Positions 41,301 to 49,534 of a DNA stretch of 64,000 nucleotides are shown here, piece by piece. Source of the stretch: Gammaproteobacteria bacterium. GTDB taxonomy: Bacteria > Pseudomonadota > Gammaproteobacteria > CBDBNL01 > JAAOII01. How positions within the stretch are numbered: position 1 is the stretch's first letter; every line of letters begins with the position of its first letter. The notes beneath the pieces were generated by a model. The model was not told the origin of the DNA. It saw only the letters and a list, made by a program, of their open reading frames with translations, and searched no databases. The position numbers were made by a program, and so were the translations under genes. The stretch is taken from assembly GCA_965209035.1 (NCBI GenBank), contig OZ242372.1:864001-928000 (forward strand), written 5' to 3'.

Positions 41301-44300
41301 GTGTGTGCCGTCGCGCGCCGAGCGCATGTCCAACGGGCATACAAGAACATTGTTGCGGATGCTCGCGATGACCGATGAGCCACCCAAAGAGCAAACTGCC
41401 GTATAGCCGCCCGCCCAACTGCCGGCATCTATTTCCGCCGTCAGTTGATAGTGTTCCTCATTGGTGTGTTCGGCACTCGTCCGCGTAAGAGACGGCTCGT
41501 CGCGCAGCACCAAAAATGCATGCCGAAATGTCCGCGTATGTCCCAATGTGTCCGACGCTCTCAACACCAATTCGTGCGCGCCTGTGGCGAGAATATGCGT
41601 TGGCAAACTGATCTCCCGCTCCGCACCTGTGCCGGGAATTGGCAATTCCTCGCCATCGTCTGTTTGACGGGTCATGGAAATCACTGCCGAGACGGCATCC
41701 GTGATACGCAACGCAATAGTGACCGGCCCGCCCGTATATTCGTCCGCCAAGCCATTCACAGCGCGAATCTCCGGCGCGGTAGTGTCCTTAATGACCGTGA
41801 TCTCTCTTTCATAGAAACGCTGATAGCCGTGGCCGTAATCCGCAGTCAGCATCACCCGAACCGCGTGTGTACCGTCTCTCACTTCGCCCATATCCAACGG
41901 ACAAGTCAGAATACCGTTGCGGATACGCGCGGTAACTTGCGAGCCACCCAAAGAACAGAAGGCCGTATAGCCGCCCGCCCAACTGCCGGCATCAATTGCC
42001 GCCGTCAGTTGATAGTATTCCTCTCTTGTGCGTTCGGCACTCGTCCGCACAAGAGACGGCTCGTCGCGCAGCACCAAAAACACATGCCGGAAAACCTTTG
42101 TATGCCCCAATGTATCCGCCGCCCGCAACACCAATTCGTGTGTGCCTGTCGCGAGCAGATGTGTCGGCAAACTGAACTCCCGTTCCGCACCCGAACCGGC
42201 AAGCGGCAATGCCTCCTCATCGTCCGTCTGCCGGGTCACGGCAACCACTGCCGAGACGGCATCCGCGATGCGAAACGAAACTGCGACAGGTCCCGTCGTG
42301 TATTCGTCCTCCAATTCCGTAATCGCGCGGATCTCCGGCGCGGTTGTATCTTTAATGACAGTGACCTCGTTTTCGTATGTATGCTCGTATGAAATTCCAT
42401 CGTCTCCTCTGCCGTAGTCGGCGGTCAACAGAATCCGAATTCTGTGTGTGCCGTCTTGCCGGGAACTCATATCCAACTGACAAGAAAGAAGATTGCCGCC
42501 AATCAACGCGGCCGTGATTCTGTTGTTGATCTGACAGGTTGCGGTGTAAAGTCCCGTATAGGTTCCGGGATCTATGCGCGCCCGCAGCCCGTAGAGTTCC
42601 GCTTCGGTCAGTTCATCCGAAACAAGTGTTACGGACGGACGGTCGCGCAGAACCGCGAACGAACGGGATCTTGTCAGCAGATTACCGGCCGCATCCCGAA
42701 TGCGAAAAACAACACTGTGGCGGCCCGTTGCCAGTTGTCCCACATCTATTGCGAGTTCCGCCGCCGGGTCACTCTCGCCGGCAGCCCAAATCATTTTTAA
42801 GTGTGTTTCCGCGCCGCCGTCAATTGCATAGGTGGCAAGTGTGATGTTTGACAGATCCCGAATCCTAATCCGCAACAAATGCACATCTCCCGTTGTGAAA
42901 AAAGACGGAAAGCCGGCAAGATCCGCCACGGGCGGCGAAGTATCCTTGTAAACCGGAAACGCCGCAAGAGTGCACAGGTTGTAGTCGCCGCAAACGCGGA
43001 TTTCCAATGTGTGTTCTCCTTCCGGCAGGTTGCTGAACACCAGCGGGCAGCCGCCCGCACCGGCAAGATAATCGCCGGTGACAAACCCGGTCCGACCGAC
43101 CAAACGACAATGTGCTCTCAGATTGGAATAGGAGTTTTCCAGGATGTCAAAAACAGCCGCATAGGCATCGCGGGCAAAGAGTGGCGATGAGTTCAAAGTA
43201 ACAGTCGGCGGCCGATTAAACACAAAAAGTGTTTTTTGATATACACCCTCGTTGCCGATATTGTCGGCGACCCTGAGAGTGAAATCCGTATCACCGGAAC
43301 CAAAACGCGCGGAATCAAAAAAGACCGCATACTCGTCGGCGGACCCGGCAATCGGCATTGCCTCGCCGCTAATCGCTTCCCCGTTGCCGGTGACAGTCCA
43401 AACAGGCAAGCCTGTTAAAAAACTCCGAGTATCGGAGATGCGAAAGCGCAACGACACATTACCGGAATGAACCGCATCCGAGTCTGTCGACAGGATCATC
43501 GGCGGCGTCCTGTCAAAAACGATACGTTTCGCCCGGCGGGCGCAGATGTCCGACGAAAATTCACTATCGCACAGACGCATGCGAATCAGGTATTCGCCTT
43601 CCCGGGGAAGAACCGGCAGACAACGGACACGCTCGCCGACTATGGTCACCGGATAGGATTCCAAGTCATCCGTGGCATTGGCAAGAATGCATTCGCCGCT
43701 GTCAACCTGCTGTCGGGTATGCGCCGGGGTCACTTCCGCGTCCAGTTGGTAATTCGCAGACCTTGTGTGATCGGCACTTAGAAAACGAATGCTCGGCGGG
43801 TCATTGACGGCAATCGCTTGAAAATGATAGGTTTGATTATTGCCAAGTACATCTCGCACCCGCACAAGATAGTTTGCTTCTCCGCTGCCGTCACCCGCGG
43901 TATCAAGCGAGACAAGATATCTCTTGCGAGGGCTGCCCGCCGACAGGTCGTCCGTCTCTTCCAGAATAACACCCGGCGCGCTCGGTCCCCAAACTTCCAA
44001 GGACTCTGTCCCCGTCAGGTCCTCCGCGAGAATGCTAATGTTAACCAGGCCGCTGAGAATACGCGGCACAGGTTCCAGCCAGGTCACGCGCGGTGCGGTC
44101 GCATCCAGGGACGGCGAACCGCCTTGCTCGCGAAAGACCGCCGCGTTTGTGTTGCCGTTCATGTTGTCCGCCAACCGATACACCTTGCCGCGGCCACTGC
44201 GGTTACGTATTTGGTTGTGTTCGCTTTTGTCGTAAAAATCCAACAGGGCGCGCGGAATGTCCGTCCGATAGGTTTGGGCGGACAGCCGGCGAGGCGAGCG

Positions 44301-45080
44301 ATCGCCACCGACAAAAAACAACGCGCCTTGGTGTCCCTTGCCGTCCAGAACACCGTCATTATAGATATCCTCGTAAAAATGCTTGGCGGCATGAACGGAA
44401 GTCAGAGAAAGATGCTCGCTGTTTTCCAGATGCAATGACATCTTGCGCGTCCATTCGCTCAAGGCCGCATTCAAAAATCCCAGTTGCATGCCGTCGTCAA
44501 GCGGAACATCCAACCGGGCGTTACTTGCATCGGTCGGGTCGCGATAGCCGACATAACGAGGATCAAAATGCAACCACTCGCGGATAAAAGCCGCGGCGGC
44601 CGCATCCGCCCGAGGCGGGCTCAACCCGACACTTTCAATCAGTCGACAAAAAAGCCCGGTCTGCAAGTGCGACCAGGGTGTGATCGCGAAATTGCGCGGT
44701 GCGGCGGCCGAGTAAGAAGAAACCGTTCGCAGTTCTTGCTGTGGGGTCAAGGCAACACTTTTGCCGGTTGCCTCTTCGGTGTAGATTCCCCCTTTTAGAA
44801 CATACAGCACATAGCCACTTTCATAATTGATGATAAAGTTGAATTGTCCCGTTTCATCCGTTTTACCCGTACCGATTTTTTGCAAGCCGCCGACAGCACA
44901 ATGAGGGCTATTAGCGGAGATTGCATAAGCGGTGACATCGGCATTGGCAACCAAGCCCAATGCGGCTGTGCCGGCAGTCGCGCCGAACACGGGGTCTTTT
45001 GGAGTGGGACCGTTGCGTTCTCCGCAGGCCGTTAGAGCCGCACAAAGTACGCAAACGATTACAGTTTGTTTTGTTTTCAT
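38379..45080 (-). CDS. Giant (~2230 aa) surface lipoprotein with tandem Ig-like domains
   Basis: MKTKQTVIVCVLCAALTAC lipobox with GGAGG SD; repeated D.T.P...G.H.L...A.D..G Ig-like motifs. Confidence 0.8.
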   Translation of the reverse strand: MKTKQTVIVCVLCAALTACGERNGPTPKDPVFGATAGTAALGLVANADVTAYAISANSPHCAVGGLQKIGTGKTDETGQFNFIINYESGYVLYVLKGGIYTEEATGKSVALTPQQELRTVSSYSAAAPRNFAITPWSHLQTGLFCRLIESVGLSPPRADAAAAAFIREWLHFDPRYVGYRDPTDASNARLDVPLDDGMQLGFLNAALSEWTRKMSLHLENSEHLSLTSVHAAKHFYEDIYNDGVLDGKGHQGALFFVGGDRSPRRLSAQTYRTDIPRALLDFYDKSEHNQIRNRSGRGKVYRLADNMNGNTNAAVFREQGGSPSLDATAPRVTWLEPVPRILSGLVNISILAEDLTGTESLEVWGPSAPGVILEETDDLSAGSPRKRYLVSLDTAGDGSGEANYLVRVRDVLGNNQTYHFQAIAVNDPPSIRFLSADHTRSANYQLDAEVTPAHTRQQVDSGECILANATDDLESYPVTIVGERVRCLPVLPREGEYLIRMRLCDSEFSSDICARRAKRIVFDRTPPMILSTDSDAVHSGNVSLRFRISDTRSFLTGLPVWTVTGNGEAISGEAMPIAGSADEYAVFFDSARFGSGDTDFTLRVADNIGNEGVYQKTLFVFNRPPTVTLNSSPLFARDAYAAVFDILENSYSNLRAHCRLVGRTGFVTGDYLAGAGGCPLVFSNLPEGEHTLEIRVCGDYNLCTLAAFPVYKDTSPPVADLAGFPSFFTTGDVHLLRIRIRDLSNITLATYAIDGGAETHLKMIWAAGESDPAAELAIDVGQLATGRHSVVFRIRDAAGNLLTRSRSFAVLRDRPSVTLVSDELTEAELYGLRARIDPGTYTGLYTATCQINNRITAALIGGNLLSCQLDMSSRQDGTHRIRILLTADYGRGDDGISYEHTYENEVTVIKDTTAPEIRAITELEDEYTTGPVAVSFRIADAVSAVVAVTRQTDDEEALPLAGSGAEREFSLPTHLLATGTHELVLRAADTLGHTKVFRHVFLVLRDEPSLVRTSAERTREEYYQLTAAIDAGSWAGGYTAFCSLGGSQVTARIRNGILTCPLDMGEVRDGTHAVRVMLTADYGHGYQRFYEREITVIKDTTAPEIRAVNGLADEYTGGPVTIALRITDAVSAVISMTRQTDDGEELPIPGTGAEREISLPTHILATGAHELVLRASDTLGHTRTFRHAFLVLRDEPSLTRTSAEHTNEEHYQLTAEIDAGSWAGGYTAVCSLGGSSVIASIRNNVLVCPLDMRSARDGTHAVRILLTADYGHDYRRFYRREITVIKDTVAPEIRALAGLADEYTDGPVTISFRITDAESAVVAMTRQIDDGEELPIPGTGAEREISLSTHLLATGTHILTLRASDTLGHTRTFQHAFLVLRDEPALTRVSAGRTNEHTYSLVARLDSGTYAGNYDATCKAPLSEVVRATIVRGSGGQRLLRCLVDITQQRDGGTDIRIQLVASYGRSYTRILNVIKDRTPPDPHPISAHPHSDEYDLIAGGSGNITLRYRVTDAHSPLAGVVYSVSDIAEHPATPVSANIWEIVLHLADLPGGEHTLRVVAADTLENAAATSVRILIIKQPPRIDFTHPVLVQSERTAITGTYSIAMPQASLASVVCSDQDGNFVSAVRATIDRQVQEFSCRDYDVRQANHRSVRVRACDIYGNCGDYVTHISHDGNRPNEIRNLAVTSERTLAYNRNDPRCGGRRSTSAEPYYRNVPADCPRLSANTADYYVWEDADAAHGGNQITEPILMLLPQSATRLNASAADPVHIADMNARGVAYLRISVRDSAAAPGGYHTFPENLNITYSYTQIRCRRDTEGTRRPYAECARENFIPRFTHRPLPFVGMNEPGGFALATVAFTDEFLNAPGQPLWYAEGAEIIHRIELKVCDEVGNCIRRKTRFRVRVLAEEPLFEAEVGPAFANNLRRAENYGLTLRQQSVRIWRIRNTFSDYPVWVRFEPPARTEVTFYSSEYRKVNSYRRNYVTQTYVRRRNDTSCGRTGSWPFTRVRHRRFYRYDYLANYYRNVHRATPSPHGNGYPGHVPDSQVTHSRCEHHGSGSLPAIPSPHYQTEAGFPKVSYRSPARVTAGFASVYRVQTVNRQNEATDAIRTSSGYYRIPAGEYLIIRSVETIDRTPETASNVAGNIDYSAWKRVIYRRETEIPLSLWGYYTLSVTDVNGYAAPDLSARRSFVFAPPFVRARRPLDVVISCRDERVGSGGCRSLYKGAWEYGERY
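40900..42650 (-). repeat. Intragenic tandem repeat, period 564 bp (188 aa), about 3 copies
   Basis: tc(g/a)tcgcgcagcaccaaaaa at 40933, 41497 and 42061. Confidence 0.85.
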
Positions 45081-45204
45081 TTCATAGCCTCCCAACTTTT
45101 GTGATGATAAACTTGCAGTAATTATAATAAAGAGATTTCCAATTAAACACAAATCGGATAAAAAAATAAGGATTTTTAAAAATATTTTTGTTTCGGCGGC
45201 CGGC

Positions 45205-45290
45205 GGAAGTTGTCGAGAGTTACCGGGAGTTGTTGGAAGCCGTCGAGAGTTGTAAGGTTGCAAGGTTGCAAGATTGCAAGATTGCAAGAA
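45205..45290. repeat. Short tandem repeats (10-bp gttgtcgaga-like units, then 8-bp ttgcaagr) in the divergent promoter region
   Basis: Directly visible. Confidence 0.65.
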
Positions 45291-45384
45291 AGCGTAAAAA
45301 GCCGCAAAACGATTCAACTGAAAAATGACCGCCCAAGGATCCCTATGCACAAAATGAAGGCGTATGTCTTAAAATAACGGAACT

Positions 45385-46167
45385 ATGAAAATAACTTCTA
45401 TCAAACATCGCTCGGCGATGTTACTGCCCAACTTGCTGACCACCACAGCGTTGCTAACCGCTTTCTACAGCCTGGTCGCCACTTGGGAACAAAATTATGT
45501 GTATGCCGCTATCGCCATCATCATTGCCGCCTTCTTGGATGCCTTTGACGGTCGCGTCGCCCGCTTCACCCGAAGTACTTCTTCCTTCGGCGAGCATTAT
45601 GATTCTTTGGCGGATGTGATCGCTTTTGGTGTGGCACCGGCGTTTCTGGCGTTTGGCTGGGGAATCCATCAATTCAGCGAAGCCGGCATCGCCCTGTGCT
45701 TTGTCTACGTGGCGTGTTGTTGCATGCGTCTTGCCCGGTTTTCCACGGGAGACGAAGGGAAGTACAAGTTTCGCGGCATGCCCAGCCCGACCGGCGGCGG
45801 CTATATCGCATCTCTTATCTGGTTGCTGGAAATCTATCCGATGCCGGCATACCTGGCACAGTCCATCGTTGTGATCGCCCTGCCGACCGTCGGGTTGTTG
45901 ATGGTCAGTTCTTTGCCGTTCATCAGCGGCCGCTCTTTTCGCTTTCTTTCCCGTTCGCATTCCGGGCCAACCTTGCTGCTTGTGATTTTTTACTTCGGGC
46001 TGCTGATTGCCTATCCGCCGGAAACCTTGCTGGCTTCGGGTTGTCTTTATGTTTTGCTTGCACTCGCTCACAGCGTGCGCCGGTCTCTCGGCGAGCACAA
46101 AAAAATTGGCACGACAAAATACAAGATATCAAACCGCGCGGAAAAACAAAACAATCATAAGGATTAA
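45385..46167 (+). CDS. pssA: CDP-diacylglycerol--serine O-phosphatidyltransferase
   Basis: LPNLLT, DAFDGRVAR...FG..YDSLADVIAFGVAPA, RLARF and FRGMPSP. Confidence 0.9.
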   Translation: MKITSIKHRSAMLLPNLLTTTALLTAFYSLVATWEQNYVYAAIAIIIAAFLDAFDGRVARFTRSTSSFGEHYDSLADVIAFGVAPAFLAFGWGIHQFSEAGIALCFVYVACCCMRLARFSTGDEGKYKFRGMPSPTGGGYIASLIWLLEIYPMPAYLAQSIVVIALPTVGLLMVSSLPFISGRSFRFLSRSHSGPTLLLVIFYFGLLIAYPPETLLASGCLYVLLALAHSVRRSLGEHKKIGTTKYKISNRAEKQNNHKD

Positions 46168-46317
46168 TTTTGCGTGATGAATGAATAGCATCTGAAATGA
46201 TTCATGATTCAAGCGGCGGAACCCGGCGCCGAGTCGAAAACAAGCCGGGCAGGAGTGTTCGCTTACGCTTACGCTTGCCCGAGCATCCTTTTGGGATATT
46301 TAATAAGGCGTATTTTT

Positions 46318-46367
46318 TTAAGGCACAGTTGTTAAGGCGCAATTAAGGCACAGTCGTTAAGGCGCAA
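46318..46367. repeat. 25-bp tandem duplication (ttaaggcacagtygttaaggcgcaa x2) upstream of rpiA
   Basis: Directly visible. Confidence 0.7.
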
Positions 46368-46376
46368 CCAACGAAA

Positions 46377-47123
46377 ATGATATTCGGCAGAAACGACAAA
46401 ACGGAAAACGCACGCAAACTCAAAACGGCGGTCGCAAACTACGCCGTCGCCGAACTTGCCAAACTGCCGTTGGAAGATATGCGTATCGGTTTTGGCAGCG
46501 GCAGCACCTTGGAAATATTCATCGGCTGTTTGAAGCCCTTAGCGGGGCGCATCCGGTTGCCGGCAGCCGGCAGTTCCGACGCCACCGCCGCCGCCCTCAA
46601 AAAGATGGACATCATCGCCGAAGATACCAACAGTATTCGCGGCATAGATCTGTACATAGACGGCGCGGATAAAATTGACACCCACTTTCGGATGATCAAA
46701 GGCGGCGGAGGCGCCCTGACCGGCGAAAAAATTCTTGCCTGGCAAGCCCGCGAATTCTGGTGCCTTGCCGACCATTCCAAACAAACGGACATCCTCGGCG
46801 ACTTCCCCGTAGCGGTTGAAGTCGTTCAAAACGCCCGCAGCCTGGTCGCACGCGAACTGACAAAAATGGGTGGCAGTCCCGAATATCGGCAGGGCTTTGT
46901 CACAGATCACGGCAACCCGATCCTGGATGTTTACAACTTGGACCTTGGCAATCCGGCGGCAATGGAGGAGAAGATCAACAACCTGCCGGGCGCGGTTTGT
47001 AACGGTATCTTCGCCAAGACACCGGCGACCCGACTTCTATGTGCATGCCCGCCGCAGGGCGATGGCAGGCCGCTCATTCGGGATCTGTTGCCGGCAAGCC
47101 CGCTTCCTTCGGAGCAACCTTAA
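46377..47123 (+). CDS. rpiA: Ribose-5-phosphate isomerase A
   Basis: GFGSGST, DLYIDGAD, IKGGGGALTGEK and TDHGNPILD. Confidence 0.95.
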   Translation: MIFGRNDKTENARKLKTAVANYAVAELAKLPLEDMRIGFGSGSTLEIFIGCLKPLAGRIRLPAAGSSDATAAALKKMDIIAEDTNSIRGIDLYIDGADKIDTHFRMIKGGGGALTGEKILAWQAREFWCLADHSKQTDILGDFPVAVEVVQNARSLVARELTKMGGSPEYRQGFVTDHGNPILDVYNLDLGNPAAMEEKINNLPGAVCNGIFAKTPATRLLCACPPQGDGRPLIRDLLPASPLPSEQP

Positions 47124-47461
47124 AAAGAAAAAAGCATTATTTCGGGATCCGTTTGGGTCCTATTTGGCAGCACGACAGAACCCGTTTGCCATACCGGGGC
47201 ATTCTTTAAGCGTTAAAGAAAGAAGGGCGGGCGGGAGAAAAAAGGATGAAAGAAGGATGCATTAGGATCCTCTTTTTTAAGGACGAAAGCCGGCAACACC
47301 CAAAGATGTCGCCGGCTTCCTGCCCCCGCACTACCCTCGCAAAAGGGGACTACTATGATGCAATCAAGTTAAAAAACAGCCTTGATTGCTAGCACGCCGC
47401 AAGTGTGCGGAAACGAACGGCATGCTAACCATACACCATTATATAACACATTCCCGATCAC

Positions 47462-47605
47462 TGTATGATCCCTGTATGATCCCACCCATTTCCGGACTTT
47501 TTTTGTTTTTGCAAAAACTGGATTGGCGAGAGTTGTTTGAGAGCATAATGGGGACGTGTATGATCTCACCCATTCCCGGACTTTTGTTGTTTTTGCAAAA
47601 ACTGG
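47462..47605 (-). mobile_element. Three stacked IS481 right-end fragments
   Basis: tgtatgatc starts at 47462, 47473 and 47557, each continuing into the sequence found from 20786 onward. Confidence 0.85.
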
Positions 47606-47693
47606 CTCTTTAATGTGAGGACACGCCATTCCAACCTCCGAGTCCCAAACCTTGCCGGAAGGATGCATATCGTGCCGGCAGTTATCCGTTTTT

Positions 47694-48806
47694 TTATAGA
47701 ATGCAGTTTTTTAGGTCTTCGGCAAAAGACGACAGGAACGCAAAGTAACCTCGCTCGTTCATCGCAATATCCTCTCCCAGGGGATCCCAAACCCCTTCCC
47801 GAATCCGCAGGCCGCGCCGCAGACCGGCCAGTGCTTGCGGACTTATCTGCGGTTCTCTCAAAATACAGACGACCTGCCCGGCGGTTAACTTGGAACGCAG
47901 CTGTGCGAGATGGGATGCCGAATAGCCACTTTCGGGCGAGACGACGACATAACCAACATAATTGAGATCGAACGCATGCGCGAAATGCGAATAGGCATCG
48001 TGCATGCTAACAAATCCGTGTGTTTTCACAGGTTGTAACTTAGCGGTGATCTCGGTTTTTAGCAGTGTTAAATCGTGCCGGAACATCTTCCATTTTTGTA
48101 TGTACGCTTCTTGCTTTTGCGGATTAAGACGAATGAGTGCTTGGGTAATCTCCCCCGCCGCTACGGATGTGAGGGTTGGCGAAAGCCAAAAATGCGGGTC
48201 GCCCGCGTGGCTGTGTGCCGCACCACTTTCCTTGTTTTTGGGGGTGCCTGTGTCTGCCTTATGTTCATCCGGGTCGGCGTGATCGGCGTGTTCTTTGTGT
48301 TCGGTATGTTCATCCGGGTCTGCGTGATCGGCGTGTTCGGTATGTTCATCGTGTTCATCGCGGTCCTCGTGTTCTTCGCCCGGTTGCTTGTGCGTGTCCT
48401 CCCGGGTCAAGATGTTATCGATCTTTTTACTGCTCCTTTTATTGCTCTTTTTATCGCCGAACGCTTTTTCCAAGGAGAGAACCGATTTGGCACGCCGGAC
48501 GGGTTTTGTCAACCCGCTTTCCAGGTTCGGTCCCGTCCATATCACCAGATCGGCATCCGCTAACTTACGCAGATCCGAAGGTTTGAGGTGATAAGTATGC
48601 GGCGAGGCTCCGTCCGGCACAAGCACTTCCACCCGGTCGTCCGGATCAGCCAATGCCCGCACGATGAACCCGAGCGGTTTGATGCTAACCAGAATCTCCG
48701 CCCCAAATGCTTTGGCGGGAACAGTAGAACATACCAGCACAAAAGTAGCACTTAAAAAGAGATGCCTCATCCCGCCCGGCGGCCGAATAACCGATATCAA
48801 CCGCAT
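47694..48806 (-). CDS. znuA: Zinc ABC transporter substrate-binding protein
   Basis: SIKPLG, GASPHTY, His/Asp/Glu-rich loop, DPHFWLSP and HDAYSHF. Confidence 0.9.
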   Translation of the reverse strand: MRLISVIRPPGGMRHLFLSATFVLVCSTVPAKAFGAEILVSIKPLGFIVRALADPDDRVEVLVPDGASPHTYHLKPSDLRKLADADLVIWTGPNLESGLTKPVRRAKSVLSLEKAFGDKKSNKRSSKKIDNILTREDTHKQPGEEHEDRDEHDEHTEHADHADPDEHTEHKEHADHADPDEHKADTGTPKNKESGAAHSHAGDPHFWLSPTLTSVAAGEITQALIRLNPQKQEAYIQKWKMFRHDLTLLKTEITAKLQPVKTHGFVSMHDAYSHFAHAFDLNYVGYVVVSPESGYSASHLAQLRSKLTAGQVVCILREPQISPQALAGLRRGLRIREGVWDPLGEDIAMNERGYFAFLSSFAEDLKNCIL

Positions 48807-48886
48807 CGCTTTACTGCGGGAGCTGTTGGAACCCGAGGGAACAACTGGCGGACAAATAAGGTGGAGCCGGTAAAGAAATTTTCGGG

Positions 48887-49534
48887 CTAAGGATTTGCAA
48901 GATTCTGTAATCGTGAGATTTCGTTTTTTATTTCTTCAAGTATTTCGGGGTTTATGATTGTTTTTGCTTTGGAACTATCCGACTGCGAATAAATGTAAAA
49001 TACCTTCCCGCCATATTTTTTTGTAAACTCTTTGTGAGTTTGATGTTGAATATTTCTTTCCTTATGAATTTGAGAAAGTTGAAATCCTGTGGGGACCGGT
49101 TTGATCTGCAATCCGATATAACAATCTTTGATGCTAATATAAAAATCCACATTGTAACGTCTGTCCCAGTCATCCGATGCCGGCTGAATAGAACATCCCA
49201 AAGACTCTTCCACTTGTCCGTATATTGTCTTAATTTCGTTTCTGTATCCGTTATAAGTCCTGTCAATCACAAGTTGAACCATGTAATTAATACAGTCTTC
49301 TTCCGTAATGCTTTCTATTTCCGCAGGTATGACTTCAGTTATTTTGGTGTATAGGCGTCTCCCAAGATCTTTGATAGCCTCTTCGGAGCGCACCTCACTA
49401 AAATAAAATTTTCGCCACTCTTCCATACTCTTTGGAGCGCATCCGCGAATGCTTGCCGAAGTCGCCCCAACATTCCTCTTGAAGTTCAGTTGAAAGCGAT
49501 TCATAACACTATTCAATATCCATTCTTTCGCCAT
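48887..49534 (-). CDS. MjaI-family restriction endonuclease
   Basis: MAKEWILNS.MNRFQLNFKRNVG, DRRYNVDFYI...IGLQIKP; TAATG coupling to the upstream MTase. Confidence 0.8.
   Translation of the reverse strand: MAKEWILNSVMNRFQLNFKRNVGATSASIRGCAPKSMEEWRKFYFSEVRSEEAIKDLGRRLYTKITEVIPAEIESITEEDCINYMVQLVIDRTYNGYRNEIKTIYGQVEESLGCSIQPASDDWDRRYNVDFYISIKDCYIGLQIKPVPTGFQLSQIHKERNIQHQTHKEFTKKYGGKVFYIYSQSDSSKAKTIINPEILEEIKNEISRLQNLANP

Noticed and set aside
13194-44798. Long antisense ORFs (e.g. 16182-17357, 19436-20494, 33353-34273, 39564-40766)
   Set aside because: Shadow frames opposite well-supported genes
45081-45350. N-terminal 90-aa extension of the giant protein
   Set aside because: It runs through short tandem repeats; the SD and lipoprotein signal place the start at 45080
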